This document shows, in pieces, positions 43,576 through 55,499 of a stretch of 64,000 nucleotides of DNA (position 1 is its first letter; every line of letters begins with the position of its first letter). Under the pieces are notes generated by a model. The model did not search any database, was not told the DNA's origin, and saw only the letters and a program-made list of their open reading frames with translations. The stretch comes from Eledone cirrhosa (taxonomy: Eukaryota). Made by a program: the position numbers and the translations under genes. The stretch covers positions 101,060,001-101,124,000 of the forward strand of contig OZ024742.1 of NCBI GenBank assembly GCA_964016885.1. The letters run 5' to 3'.

Positions 43576-43676
43576 ATATTTATAAAACAAACTTTGTATT
43601 TTATCTGATGAGAGCATACCAAAGTTTTGGTACCCTTGAAATATATATAATAGAATAAATATGGTTTTATAAATAT
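43576..43676 (+). ncRNA. Minimal type I hammerhead ribozyme (Penelope/retrozyme-type)
   Basis: Stem I tattttat/atagaata plus a distal 13-bp arm; CTGATGA 43605; stem II taccaaa/tttggta; GAAA 43638; 2-bp stem III with palindromic ATAT loop; predicted cleavage after 43649. Confidence 0.65.
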
Positions 43677-44012
43677 AGTTTCCATTTATTTAATATCATC
43701 GTCTATATATATATATATATTATTTTATTTATTAATTCATCATTGAGCCACATCGTGAATGGTTGCCAAAACATATATATATGTGACTTTGTCTAGTTTG
43801 TGTATATGTAAATCTTTATATTTGATAATCTCCCATAAGGTTGAGATGCAATTTAGGCAATATTGGGCTGCGCTTTCTAGCAACCAGACCACTCGCTGTA
43901 AGGCACCAATTACATTCTTTCTGACTTGACCACTGCCACGTTACAGTTCTTAGCCATTTTGAATTCGTTTCAGGCGGGGATCATTTAAGAAAAATCTTTG
44001 TCCAAGTGAGTT

Positions 44013-44096
44013 TGTTTCCTGATGAGTTCGAAGCTCGAGAATTTATCCTTGATAGGATATTTCCGAAAGCGAATGAAACCCTAAAGGGTAGAAACA
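44013..44096 (+). ncRNA. Type I hammerhead ribozyme, complete fold
   Basis: Stem I tgtttc/gaaaca; CTGATGA 44019; stem II gttcg/cgaat with inner hairpin tatcct/aggata; GAAA 44075; stem III accct-aa-agggt; GUA cleavage after 44090. Confidence 0.8.
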
Positions 44097-44388
44097 TAAT
44101 CCTGGTATGTGTATATGTATTATTTCTTCTAACTTTCATTTTATACCTAATTATGTATGGTTGACAGTATATTTAATCGATTTCCACGTGCTATTGAAAT
44201 GTTGGGTAAATATTCTATGCCGGTTGATCGCGAATAGATGGCTGTCATTTATTTATCTACTATTTCTTCATAGGTGCCTGTTAATCTTATAGCCTGGTTT
44301 AATTGGTTTTTTGTGTGGTTGATTATGCTAATTGGGAGAGGAAATGGTATATATATATTATCAAATGATTCTATGGACATACTTTATA

Positions 44389-44440
<52 letters not shown>

Positions 44441-44799
44441 CACGATAAATTAACGGAGCCATAGGCCCTTGCTATTCCCTGTAAATAATGTGCTCAAAGG
44501 AGAAGAAATCCTGAGCTCTTTAAAATACAATATGTTGGAAAGGTAACAATAATCCATTTCTTTCAACAAATTACTGGTGAAACATATCTTAGGATTGGTA
44601 TCTTTGGATTTGTACATGTGTTATATAGTTATAAAGGTATTTATTTACGCTTTAATTTATATTTTTAATTATCGTGTCTATAGTCTGCCTTTCATAGGTT
44701 ATAGATTCCATGCACCAGTGTTTTTTTTTCCCTATTTTATTGATAGCGCACTGTATGTATATCTCTCTCTGGTGTGTTACCTTTCCAACATATTGTATG

Positions 44800-44974
<175 letters not shown>

Positions 44975-45200
44975 AGATAAATCTACCAAAATATATGGTA
45001 GTGTCCAATCCATATGAGGACAGCATGTATATGTGAAGGTAAGTATATTTCCTCTGATAATTTGATAATTTGTAATATTTTTACATAGGTCTATATGATA
45101 TACATACCAGCACACATATAGATCCGTGAAACGATCGTAAAATGATGAATTTTTTAATATAAAGAACTTGTTCTTTGTGTTTATTTCGTTGTTTTTGTTC

Positions 45201-45242
<42 letters not shown>

Positions 45243-45245
<3 letters not shown>

Positions 45246-45916
45246 AATGAAAAAACAATGATGTCTTTGATTGAGATGAAGCAAAAGTGTATCTGAATAT
45301 ATATATAAAAATAAGAAAACTCATCACTACAACAGCTGCTAAATGCTGTCAAAGACAGTGATGGGCAAAAATGCCTCAGAGGACAGAAACCAGCGGCCGG
45401 CCACCGATCAACAGAGAGACAATCCACAAGGTGGGTGACAGGCAGATGAAATATAGAAAAGATTGAGAAAGGAGGACAAGGAGAAGTGTGTTGGTACATA
45501 AAAGTAACTGGAAGAAGGAAACAAAGAAAGGCAATATACAAGACAAGTTTACACACACACACATACATCTTCACCCTCATGAGCTCTCAAACCAGCAAAA
45601 TGGTTTCGCACCATTTAATTGAGAGTATCATTTTAAAATGCTGGATTGTGCAGAGGAAAACTATATCTTTCTGCTGGTATGGTGTGTGTGTGATAAAACA
45701 AACAGCACAGATAGAAGGACGAAAGAAAACTAAAAATAATGAGATAGTGGTGTCTGTCCTAAATACACCACTATGAGAAAGTTAAATGAAAAAACAATAT
45801 TGTTTCTGATTGAGACGAAGCGAGAGTGTATTTGTATACATATAAAAATAGGAAAACTCATCTCTAGAACAGCCGTCAAAACAGCCAAATGCCAACAGAG
45901 AGACAACTAACAATGG
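45243..45916. repeat. Diverged direct repeats 539 bp apart flanking a unique spacer
   Basis: ttaaatgaaaaaacaat..gattgaga.gaagc..gtgtat..aaaata.gaaaactcatc.cta.aacagc..caacagagagacaa at 45243 and 45782. Confidence 0.7.
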
Positions 45917-46257
45917 TCATGTTCATGACATGACAAAGAGCACCCAGTCCACCCTGTAAAGTGTTTGTGCTGGTGATATAACAAATAAGCACCCAGTCCA
46001 CCCTGAGGTGCTCATGTTAGTAACACATCAAAAAGCACCCAGTCCACCCTGTAAAGTGGTCAAATTTGTGATACTGCAAAAAGCACCTTGTCCACCCAGT
46101 CTATTGGTCATTTTAGTGTCATGATAAAAAGCATAGTGTAAATGTGGTTGGAATTAAGAAGGGCATCCAGTTATAGAAACCAAGCTAGAAACAGTTAGAT
46201 GTTAAATTAGATGTTAAATGATGGTGATGATGATGGTGGTGATGATAATGATGATGA
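45917..46257 (+). mobile_element. RTE/SINE 3' tail with degenerate ~50-bp repeats
   Basis: agcacccagtccaccctgtaaagtg x3-4, aagggcatccag, (ATG)n end; similar tails at 49450-49700, 51880-52250, 57148-57410, 59175-59430 and 60895-61170. Confidence 0.72.
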
Positions 46258-46651
46258 AAATAACTATTTTGTTGTCTATCAACCACTTTACCCATGCTAT
46301 TACTTTACCTATAAATTTAACCATGATTTAGCCCTAAATGTTACCAACAATACAACATGATTTTGCCCACTAATTTATGCATGATTTTACTGATGATTCA
46401 TAATTTTACCATTTTACCAACAATACATTTTACCCACAATCCACTCATCTACCCACCTTTGATCCCACCCTCCCCACCAATTTATCTATGATACATGATT
46501 TTACCCACCATTATACCCATGATTTTGCCTACACTCCACTATATTATCAACGACAATAATTTACCTACCAATTTGTCCATGATACAGGATTTTACCCACA
46601 AACCACCAAATTACCCATTATTTTTCCCAGGATTCCACTATTTTACCCATA

Positions 46652-47280
46652 ATATAATATAATGAAATTATTGTTTACAGTGCTCAGATGCACTACAACT
46701 CATCAAAGGTGCATGTATAGTACATAGAATAATGTACAAATGTCAGGAAAGTGAACAGTGTATGAGTCATGATATACATGTGCACGTGTGTTTGGAGGGG
46801 GTATATCAGGTGTAGTGTTGGCGAATCTCAGGAAGCATGGAAGTTTTAAAGGATGCAGATCTTGGCAGCTAACAACTGATACAGGTAGTTTTTTCCATGC
46901 TTCAGCAACTCTGAGGGTGAAAAAATGTTTCTGAAAGTCATGGGAGCTGTGCTCTTTTCTGACTTTGTAGGCATGCCCACGTGGAATGCCCACATGGAAT
47001 TCAAAAGAGTGCTCAGGGTTGTTGTTGGCAAGATGGTTAATAATTTTATGGGTGTTTACCAAGTCAGTTGCCAGATGTCAGAGCTTCAATGTATCCATGC
47101 CCTGGGAAGCAAGGCATTCAGAGTATGGGAGATGCCTGATGGAGGGTATTCGCTTAGTTGCATGTCTCTGAACAGTTTCCAGGAGGTCAATGGTCTGAGC
47201 AAGATAGGAGTTCCAGACTGGTGATGCAAATTCTAAGTGTGGCCGCAGCATAGCTATATACAGCTTTAAATAGATAGCTA
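46652..47280 (-). mobile_element. CR1-type LINE 3' end, same family as 16534-18004, inserted in a degenerate tttacccatga repeat region
   Basis: Reverse complement matches 17785-18003 and continues with RGHAYKV..HFFTLRVAEAWKKLP and an (ATTAT)n tail. Confidence 0.85.
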
Positions 47281-48148
47281 TCTCACTAATTTACCCAGAG
47301 TTTTACCCAGCAATTTACCTATGATTATATTTACCAGTTTACCCACTTCTTTATCCCCATATCACCATTTTACTCTCAGTTTGATCAACAATCAACTATA
47401 TTACCTACCATTTTCCCACAATTCCAACCACAATCCACTATTCTATCTACCAATTTACTCATGATTTTAACCACAGTTTACTAACAGTGATTTTACTCAC
47501 AATTCACTATTTTACCCATCAATTCACCCACAATCCACTTCATAATAAATCTTCACAAAATTTAGCAGAGATCCAGATCCATAGAATAATCCATGAATAA
47601 AAAATCTAGCCTCAATCCAAACTTGGGTTATTCATGGAAGGAAATGGAGAAAGACAGAAAGTTCTAATGAAATGGGAGTGGGAAAGTTGAAGAGGAGTGT
47701 TTTAATATAGAACAAAATGGCAAACTAAAATATAATGCTTTTCTATTGTAAAATAGAAGTCATCTTTTTCCCTAAAATCACTTTTATCTTTTTATCTTTT
47801 ACTCTCTCAATCCTTTTTCCCTCTCACACACAGATTCCTAACTCATCTTTGTATTTGTATGTGTATGTACATATTTGAATAGATTTGTATATGTGCATAA
47901 TGTGTTAGTGCCTCTGTGTGCATGTGTGTGTGCATGTATGTGTACATGCATATATAAATTCATATATGTATTTATATCAGATGACTATACTAAACATGCA
48001 GAATGGTACTGGAGAATGGTAGTATGTTCCACACCAATATATACATTAAGGAACTAACTACAGCAATAAGGTGAAATATACTCAACAACAGGTAGAGATA
48101 TGGATTTAGGAATTCTTTACAATGTTGTAGATCTTTCTCTTTCTCACC

Positions 48149-48216
<68 letters not shown>

Positions 48217-48966
48217 ATATATATATATATATTATAAAACTCTCTGTCTGTTTGTCTATCTATCTCCACCATAGATTTATAACTTATATCAGAATTACTA
48301 CTACCAACAATAACACTACTGCCACTGCTGGCACCACCACCACTGCCACACCTACCAGCACCATCATCACCACAATTGTCATTACTGACAAAACCACTAC
48401 CCCCACCATCACAACCTCCACCACCACCACCACCAGAAACGCTAGCCAAATGAAATCCCTTCAGGATGAAAAACAGCAATGATAAAATAGTTTTTGTGAC
48501 GTGAGGCAGAAATATCAGCCAAAGCCAATGATATAATTATGAAACCCATCCTCTCATCTTTAAATGGCAACTATGTTTAATTAGGTTCTTCCACTTCCAT
48601 CTAATGCTGTTTAGCAAACATTCAACACCACCACCACCACCACCACCATTATCACTTCTCTATTCATTAATACCTTAATTGTTGTATTAATTACCCTATA
48701 ATTAACATTGTTTTTCTATGTAACAGATACCATATTAGAATTAAAATCTTTGTCAATGTATAATTTATACAAAATTGTGAGGTTGTTCCCTTTATCTAAA
48801 TAGTAATGATATTATTGGTGTCAACTATTAAATGTGTCATTGAAGAACCATTTATTAGAAAACTTCCAAAATCTGAAAGTTTTCTATATCATCAGGATAA
48901 TTATCATAATGGCATGTGTGTTTTAGACTTTTGTCAGTTCCAATGAGAAGTGTACTAGTTGTTTAA

Positions 48967-49174
48967 CCCTTTAGCATTTACATTACTCTATATTTACTAT
49001 TGTATTTTCGTGGTAAAGGCTTTATCTCACATAATATCAAATTTATGAGATTTTGGTATTATTTATTTTGAGAACAATACCTTAACATCAATATGAATGG
49101 CTAGTTACAGCTGGTTTGAACAGAAAAAGGTGAGAGAATTCTGGCCAGATATGGCCAGTTTAAATGCTAAAGGG
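48967..49174. mobile_element. piggyBac-like MITE, complete
   Basis: TTAA|ccctttagcattta ... taaatgctaaaggg|TTAA perfect 14-bp TIR. Confidence 0.85.
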
Positions 49175-49754
49175 TTAACCAATGAAACAGCCTGCACATG
49201 AAATTAATGTGTGAGTGATTGAGCATTCCACTGACATATGTATCTTTAACACAGTTCTGAGTGAGAATCAGTATAACACAATGTATGACAAGGCTGACCC
49301 TTTGAATTCAGGTACAGCTCAATTTTGCCAGCTGAGAAGACTGGAGCAACATGAAATAAAGTGTGTCCCTCAAGGTCACAAGTAGTTCGGATAAAGGATT
49401 CTCTACCTTTACTTGTGTGTAACTTAACCTAGTCTTGGTGCTTATTGACCTAGTACTGATGTCATGTAAAATGCCCCCAGTAAATTGTAAAATAATAGTG
49501 CTGATGCCACAATAAAATGCTCCCAGCTCACACTGTAAAGCGGAAGTGCCGGCACCATAATAGAATGCACCCAGTACACTTTGTAAAGTAGAAGTGTTGG
49601 TTCCACAATAAAATGCACAGAGTAAAGTGATTGGCATTAGGAAGGGCATCCAACCACAGAAACTATGCTAAAAGGGAATATAAGAGCAAGGCAGGGTTCT
49701 CTGGCCTGTCCAGTCTCAGACCGTGACTATTCAGGAATGGTAATGGTTATCCAG

Positions 49755-50020
49755 TAAGATGGCAACGATGAACAGAGAATTGTGGTGGACACCATGTCAC
49801 ATTCATTGACAACCTAAAACAGGATATTGGCCTGGAATCTACCCAAGATCTGAAGCTGGCAATGATGAACAGAGAAGTGTGATGGATGTCAGGTCACATA
49901 CATAAACAAGCTAAAGTAGAATACTAGCCTAGAATCTATCCAGGAATTGAAGATGGGAATGGTGGAGAGAGAAATGTGGAATAGGGCCATTGTTACCTTG
50001 GCCCATGAGGGAGCCCATCC
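49755..50020 (+). mobile_element. Tandemly repeated RTE C-terminal fragments
   Basis: TFIDNLKQDIGLESTQDLKLAMMNREV and two partial repeats of ggcaa.gatgaacagaga. Confidence 0.55.
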
Positions 50021-50334
50021 TAAGTAACTAAATATTTTTGTAGATGATATGAATCATTTTAGAGGAAGTTTATTAATTGGCAGAATACCTTAATGGTGTC
50101 CAAGAACTTGTAGAATACAGCAATAAGATAGAGAAAAATGAGATAACACTTTCAATAATTGTTTCTACTTTAGGCACAAGGCCAGCAATTACCCAGTGTA
50201 TTACTGGTACTTTATTTTATCGACTCCGTAAGGATGAAAGGCAACAGTCCTAAGCTACTCTTCATACTATGTTTCCAGCCTTCCAAAACTAACAACATTA
50301 AAGTGATTATACTTGAATTCAAACCTTTCTTTAA

Positions 50335-50530
50335 CCCTTTAGTATATTCATTACTCTATATGTACTATTATATTTTCACAGTAAAGGCTTTCCCTCACGT
50401 AATTATTTCACATATCGAATCTATGAGATTTGGATATTATTTAATTTGAGAACAATACCTTAACATCAGTATGAGTGGCCAGTTACAGCCGGTTTGAACA
50501 GAAAGACATGAGATAATTCTGGCCGGATTA
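50335..50530. mobile_element. piggyBac-like MITE, one end truncated
   Basis: TTAA|ccctttagtatatt..; body matches 48967-49174. Confidence 0.75.
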
Positions 50531-51014
50531 AATCATATTACTACATAAATACTGACAGATTGGTAAAAGTTCCATCCAAACAGAAAGACTGTGTATTCCA
50601 GTGATCTCCAACCTATGTTCATACAAACACAAATGGTTCACTAAATTACTTTAGAGTGATATGTCAGGAAAGTTGGGCAGTTCTCCATGACATTCTAAAG
50701 CTTTTGCTTTAATTTGATATATCATTTTAAAATGAAAAGACATTTTGTTTTTAATAAAACAAAATAATTAAGTGTTAACATATATATTCTTTCTATTATC
50801 AAGATAAAGGTGTTTTTTTTAAATATAAATCTCTCAGTAATATATAAGGTTTGTATCATGAATAGAAGTTAGAAACCACAGGTCTATTTTAGTTAGAATC
50901 AAATTACGTTGGAGTTGGTAGTTATGATAGATGTCATACTGGTATTGCAATAAATAACCAACCTTTGAAGTATTTGGAACTGTGTTTGTTTGGAACACTG
51001 AATTATTATTATTA

Positions 51015-51802
51015 CTCAATACAAATTCCAGCCTTTTACATTCTGAGTTCTAATCTTGCAGAGGTCAATTTTGCTTTTCATCCTTCTAGGGTCACTAAAA
51101 TAAAGTACCAATCAAGCATTGGGGGTTGATATAATTGTTTTTCCCCTTCTCCCAAATTGATGGTTTTGTGCCAATGTTAAAAATAATTATCATTTAATAC
51201 AATGATGGCAGTGGATTGGCAGAATCATTAGAGCATAGGAGAAAATGTTTTGTGGTATTTGTTGACCCTTTACATTCTGAGTTCAAATTCCACCAATGTC
51301 AGTTTGCCTTTCATTCTTTCAGGGTTGATAAAATAAAGTATCAGTAAATCATTGGAGTCAATATAATTGACTTACCCTTTCCCATAAATAGTTAGCCTTA
51401 AGCCAAAATTAGAAACCATTGGTGGATTGACCGTATCGGTAGAGGGTCAGACACCATGCTTTGACGCATAGAGTTACGGCCCTTGGCATTCTGAGTTCAA
51501 ATCCCGCCGAGGTTAACTTTGCCTTTCATCTTTACGGGGGTCGAAAAAATAAAGTACCAGTAATGCACTGGGTAATTGCTAGCTTTGTGCCAAAAGTAGA
51601 AACAATTATTACTCAATACAAGAGTGATTTATTGACAGAATCATTAAAGTATCAGACAAAGTGCTCCAATTCTTTACTATCTTGGTTCAAATCCCTGCTT
51701 TTCATCCTTCCAGAGTCGATAAAATAAAGTAAGGGTCGATAGAATTGTCTTTCCCCATCCTTCAAATTGCAGTCCTTGTGCCTCTATTAGAAACCATTAT
51801 TA
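51015..51802 (+). mobile_element. Head-to-tail cluster of four SINE family-2 copies
   Basis: Copies at ~51015, ~51205, 51421 and ~51615, each with tttcat(c/t)ctt..ggtc.ataaaataaagta and ending in an ..aa(c/t)(c/a)att(att) tail. Confidence 0.78.
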
Positions 51803-52449
51803 CCCAGCACAGACTGTATAAGTTAAGAAAATATGAGGCTAGTTTTAAATTTCTGAAGATTGATAAGGTCAAATAACTATCATCATCCTTTAACGTCCAT
51901 TTTCCATGCTAGCAAGGGTTAGACAAGTTGTTACATCATGAGGTAAGTCAGGTCCAGACACCACATCTTGCTCATACAGATCTGTATTTTGGCTTGGTCT
52001 TTACAGCTGGATGCCTTTCCTAACACTAACCACATTACAGAGAGGACTGTGCGCATTTTATCATGGTTCTGAAATGACCACCTTACAGGGTAAACTGGGC
52101 ACTTTTTGTTGTGTCACCAACACAAGCACTTTACAGTGTGGACTGTGTGTTTTTTGTCATGTCACCAGTATGACCACCTTACAGTGTGAACCAGGTGCTT
52201 TTGTTAAGTCACCAGTGTGGACTGGGTGTTCTTGTTGTGGCGCCAGATCAGCATACTAATTAAATATTTAGCAACTATTGGATCAAACAGTGTCTAATAA
52301 AACTGTCAACTTAATCTCAACCTCATTGGTCAGTTCTGAAAATATGACTGTCTAAAAGCATTGTTACTTCATGTGTAGCAGTTTCTACCTATCATAGATA
52401 TTCACAAAATGTGATACTTTATATTACACACACACATATTTATTATTTA

Positions 52450-54700
52450 TCGATTTAAATGTTTGGGTAGAGCTGGCAGCCCATGTCAGAGTGAAAGAGA
52501 GAGAAGGCAAAAGAAACAACAGTATAAAGTAATTAAATGTTTCTGTTGTTGAATCTTTTCATAGTCTCCATCTATGTAATGGAAGACCTTATTTAGGTTG
52601 GTAGATTCTCAACAATATACATTACCTCTAATCTTGCTAGTTCTTTTAAGACCAGTTTTAAAATGTCCCCTCTCTCTCTCTCTCAGACTAGTAGTTTTTA
52701 CACTGGGACAAATAATTCATAGTTTCTGGATAGTATTCATAGGAATAGATAGACAATTCTATACAGCCTGTTCTTGATAAAATGTAGTTTATGGGTATAC
52801 TATACCCGATCCTGTTTGAAACCAATAAAGTTCACTTTATTCTTGTCTGATACATTTTAAACCTTGACAGACCTAGCTGAGATAATGGAGGACTGAAAGT
52901 TAATAGTTATCACTAGATTCTTCCCAAAATGTCTCCCACCCTTGACTAATTACATTTTTGCTGATTGATTTGGATTAGGAATGTAGTCTATATCTATTAT
53001 TTCCCTTTGTGCTCCCTCTTTTGTTAATTAATCTTTCCTATATCTATATGGCCTGCTATCCAAATCATTGTTACTTTTTTATGTATTCTAATAGATAATT
53101 ATATATTTTTGGCAGAATACTTTTAACTGTTCTAACCTGACATCTATTTCTTGATTGAAATAATTCTAGATTCGATAAGTTATCAGTAAATAGAAAGGTT
53201 TTTCTCCGTTGCCTTTTTTTAGTCTAACTTGATATGATTTTTCACTACTCTGCATCAAAAATTGTAAAGTCCTGGTGTAATCTGAAGCTTGTAGCTGTAT
53301 GTTTTCCTTTCTGTTTAAACTGAGGAGTTAGCAATTTACACTTCCTGGATTCTTCTAAGTGAGTAGGGGTTAACCCTGCTTCATGAAAACTAGTAATTTT
53401 GGGGGTAATCTTACACAACTCAATATAGTTTTCCTCTATTTGAGTACAAACATTTTCAAAGGCTTGAAGATAGCTAATGCTCATATCTTCCCATACTCAA
53501 TTTCCATAAAACAATTGAGCATTGATAACTTCCTTATATAATTTCAAGTGTCTATATGTTAAACAGTAGTATTTCTTTGATAGAACTCCATGTGAGCCTT
53601 ACTAGGTCAGAAATCATTTTTGGCTTGTTTTATTGTTTGTTTTTTTAATGACCCCCACCATGCTTATTATCAATGTTATCTTTATCACTGTTTATTATCA
53701 ATGTTATCTTTATTACTGTTACTGTTTATATTTGGATTAACCTAAGTAATATGAACTTTCCCAGTAATTGTGTGAAAGTTTCCTAAAGAGTGTCACATCC
53801 CGTGGACCATCAAGTATAAGTAGTGAAAGATTCACTTGCTGGGAAGAAAAACTTAACCACCTCCCATCTGTAACAACAATGGAGCTAAAGGCAAGCGAAG
53901 TACTGCCCCCCAGAGCAAATACAAATTATGCAGTGTGGAAATGCCCAGATCTGGTGTTGGTCGTGCAAAAGCCAATCTGGAAAAATAGGGATATTTAAAG
54001 GATGGGGACGTTGTGTGCGACTGTGGCATCGAACTGCAGACTACGCAGTACCTCCTTATATGCCCCCTGCTGGAACACCCCTGTACAGCATTGAATTTGG
54101 CAGAGTTTAATGAGAAAGGACAGCAATGTGTTCAGCTATGGTGGAACCACATCTAGCCAAACTTTGTAGCCAACACTCTAGTAGACATGATTAGAAGTAA
54201 TTGTGTATTGTATTTTAATAAATATTTGTAGACTTATTTTTAGTTTTTCAGTTGATTGGATATTGATAAATTTGTTGGGGTAATAAGTTTTGAAATAATT
54301 AGTAAACTTAATCCAGTCAGTTATCTGAAATTGATATTTCCACACTTTAGTCTTTTTTTTTTACTTGTTTGGCTATTATTAGTATTCTTATTAGTTAAAC
54401 TGATTGTAATATTAAAAGTACTGGTGGCATGATCCAAACCTAAACCAATTTTATGGTCAATTTCTAGTCTATGAAAGAAGAAGCTAATAGGGAAGACCAT
54501 AAATGAGCTATTATTGAGGTTCTGTCGTTAAAATATCTGTAGATTGGGGCGTTTGTTACTGTATGTAAAATAAAGTTATGTTTATTCATAATTTCTGTGA
54601 GATTTTCTCCTTCTTTTCTACTTTTTTTTATGTTGGTATTCCAAAATGGATGCTGTGCATTAAAATCCATTGTTCTCTCTGTTGCCATACTCTTCATTCT
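52450..54700 (-). mobile_element. Highly degenerate I/Jockey-group LINE (AP endonuclease at 54400-54700; C-terminal remnants toward 52700)
   Basis: DFNAQHPFW..EGENL..NAP...SII...SS..GLDH; downstream HEAGL.P and WETFW..ET...L.QCKNY..ER remnants. Confidence 0.6.
53774..54195 (+). mobile_element. 5'-truncated Ingi/Vingi-like LINE with an 11-bp TSD, nested in the older LINE
   Basis: TSD agtaattgtgt at 53763-53773 and 54196-54206; translation SGVGRAKANLEK..CDCGIELQTTQYLLICP. Confidence 0.72.
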
Positions 54701-55430
54701 GTGCTTTCAATGATCCCTCCATATATCTCTTCCATCTTTCTTTAATTCCAGTCAAGTCTACAACAATTTCTCCCACTTCACCCTTCAAGCACTTCATCCC
54801 TTTCTCTCTCTCTCTGGCCAACTGCCTGCAGTCCTAAACATTTCTCTCTGAAACCATTTATTCTCTAATTCTTCTTCTATGTAGCTCTTGCCACTTCATC
54901 ATCCCACCACATTTCCAAGCATCTTGGTGGTCATTTTGTCCCTTTACACACATCACCAATAGCTCCTAACATGCTATCTTTCAAATACTTCCAAGCACTC
55001 ATTCATCCATATCATCTTCTGACATTTTCAGTTTCTCTTTTAGAGCCTCCTTCATTATTGCTTCTTTTAAACTGCACATCTCCAACTTTAGTTGGCATTT
55101 CCTTCACTCAGCTCTGCTCCCACCTTTCACGCTCGGGTTATAGACAACTAGATGGTGTTCTGTAACAACCTCCTCTCTTGTGATTACCTTTGCATCATGA
55201 AGTTTCTTCCTATCTTGCTCATGTCATCAGATAGTTGACAGTTGACAATGACCCACCTGATGTGAACATGAGTTTGTAGTTTTCTTTCTGGAATTGGGCG
55301 TTACAGATTGATATCTCAGCTCCATCAGCAAAAGCCATAACACTTTCATCCTCTTCATTCCAATAACCCCTCAGTGACTCCCTCAAAATCATCAATACTC
55401 CTTCCCACATGTCTATCCAAATCCCTTCCC
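54700..55430 (-). mobile_element. RTE LINE endonuclease-region fragment
   Basis: NEEDESVMAFA..ICNAQFQK..TSGGSLSTVNYL resembles the RTE APE N.EG..L.FA..I.NT.F.K..SG..S.IDY motif. Confidence 0.62.
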
Positions 55431-55499
55431 TTACATAACACACATATATTTAAAAAAAAACAGTTGAAAACCTCAATTATTTCCATTTTTTTTTTTCAT

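Larger units (their letters stand above)
42897..44753. mobile_element. Non-autonomous Tc1/mariner-like unit, 38-bp TIRs, TA flanks
   Basis: TA|cagtgcgctatcaataaaatagggaaaaaaaaacactg at 42897-42934 and its exact reverse complement at 44716-44753|TA; CAGTG start is typical of Tc1; no transposase ORF. Confidence 0.72.

Noticed and set aside
48290-48482. Thr-rich mucin-like exon
   Set aside because: Degenerate (CAC/ACT)n low-complexity sequence without convincing splice context.
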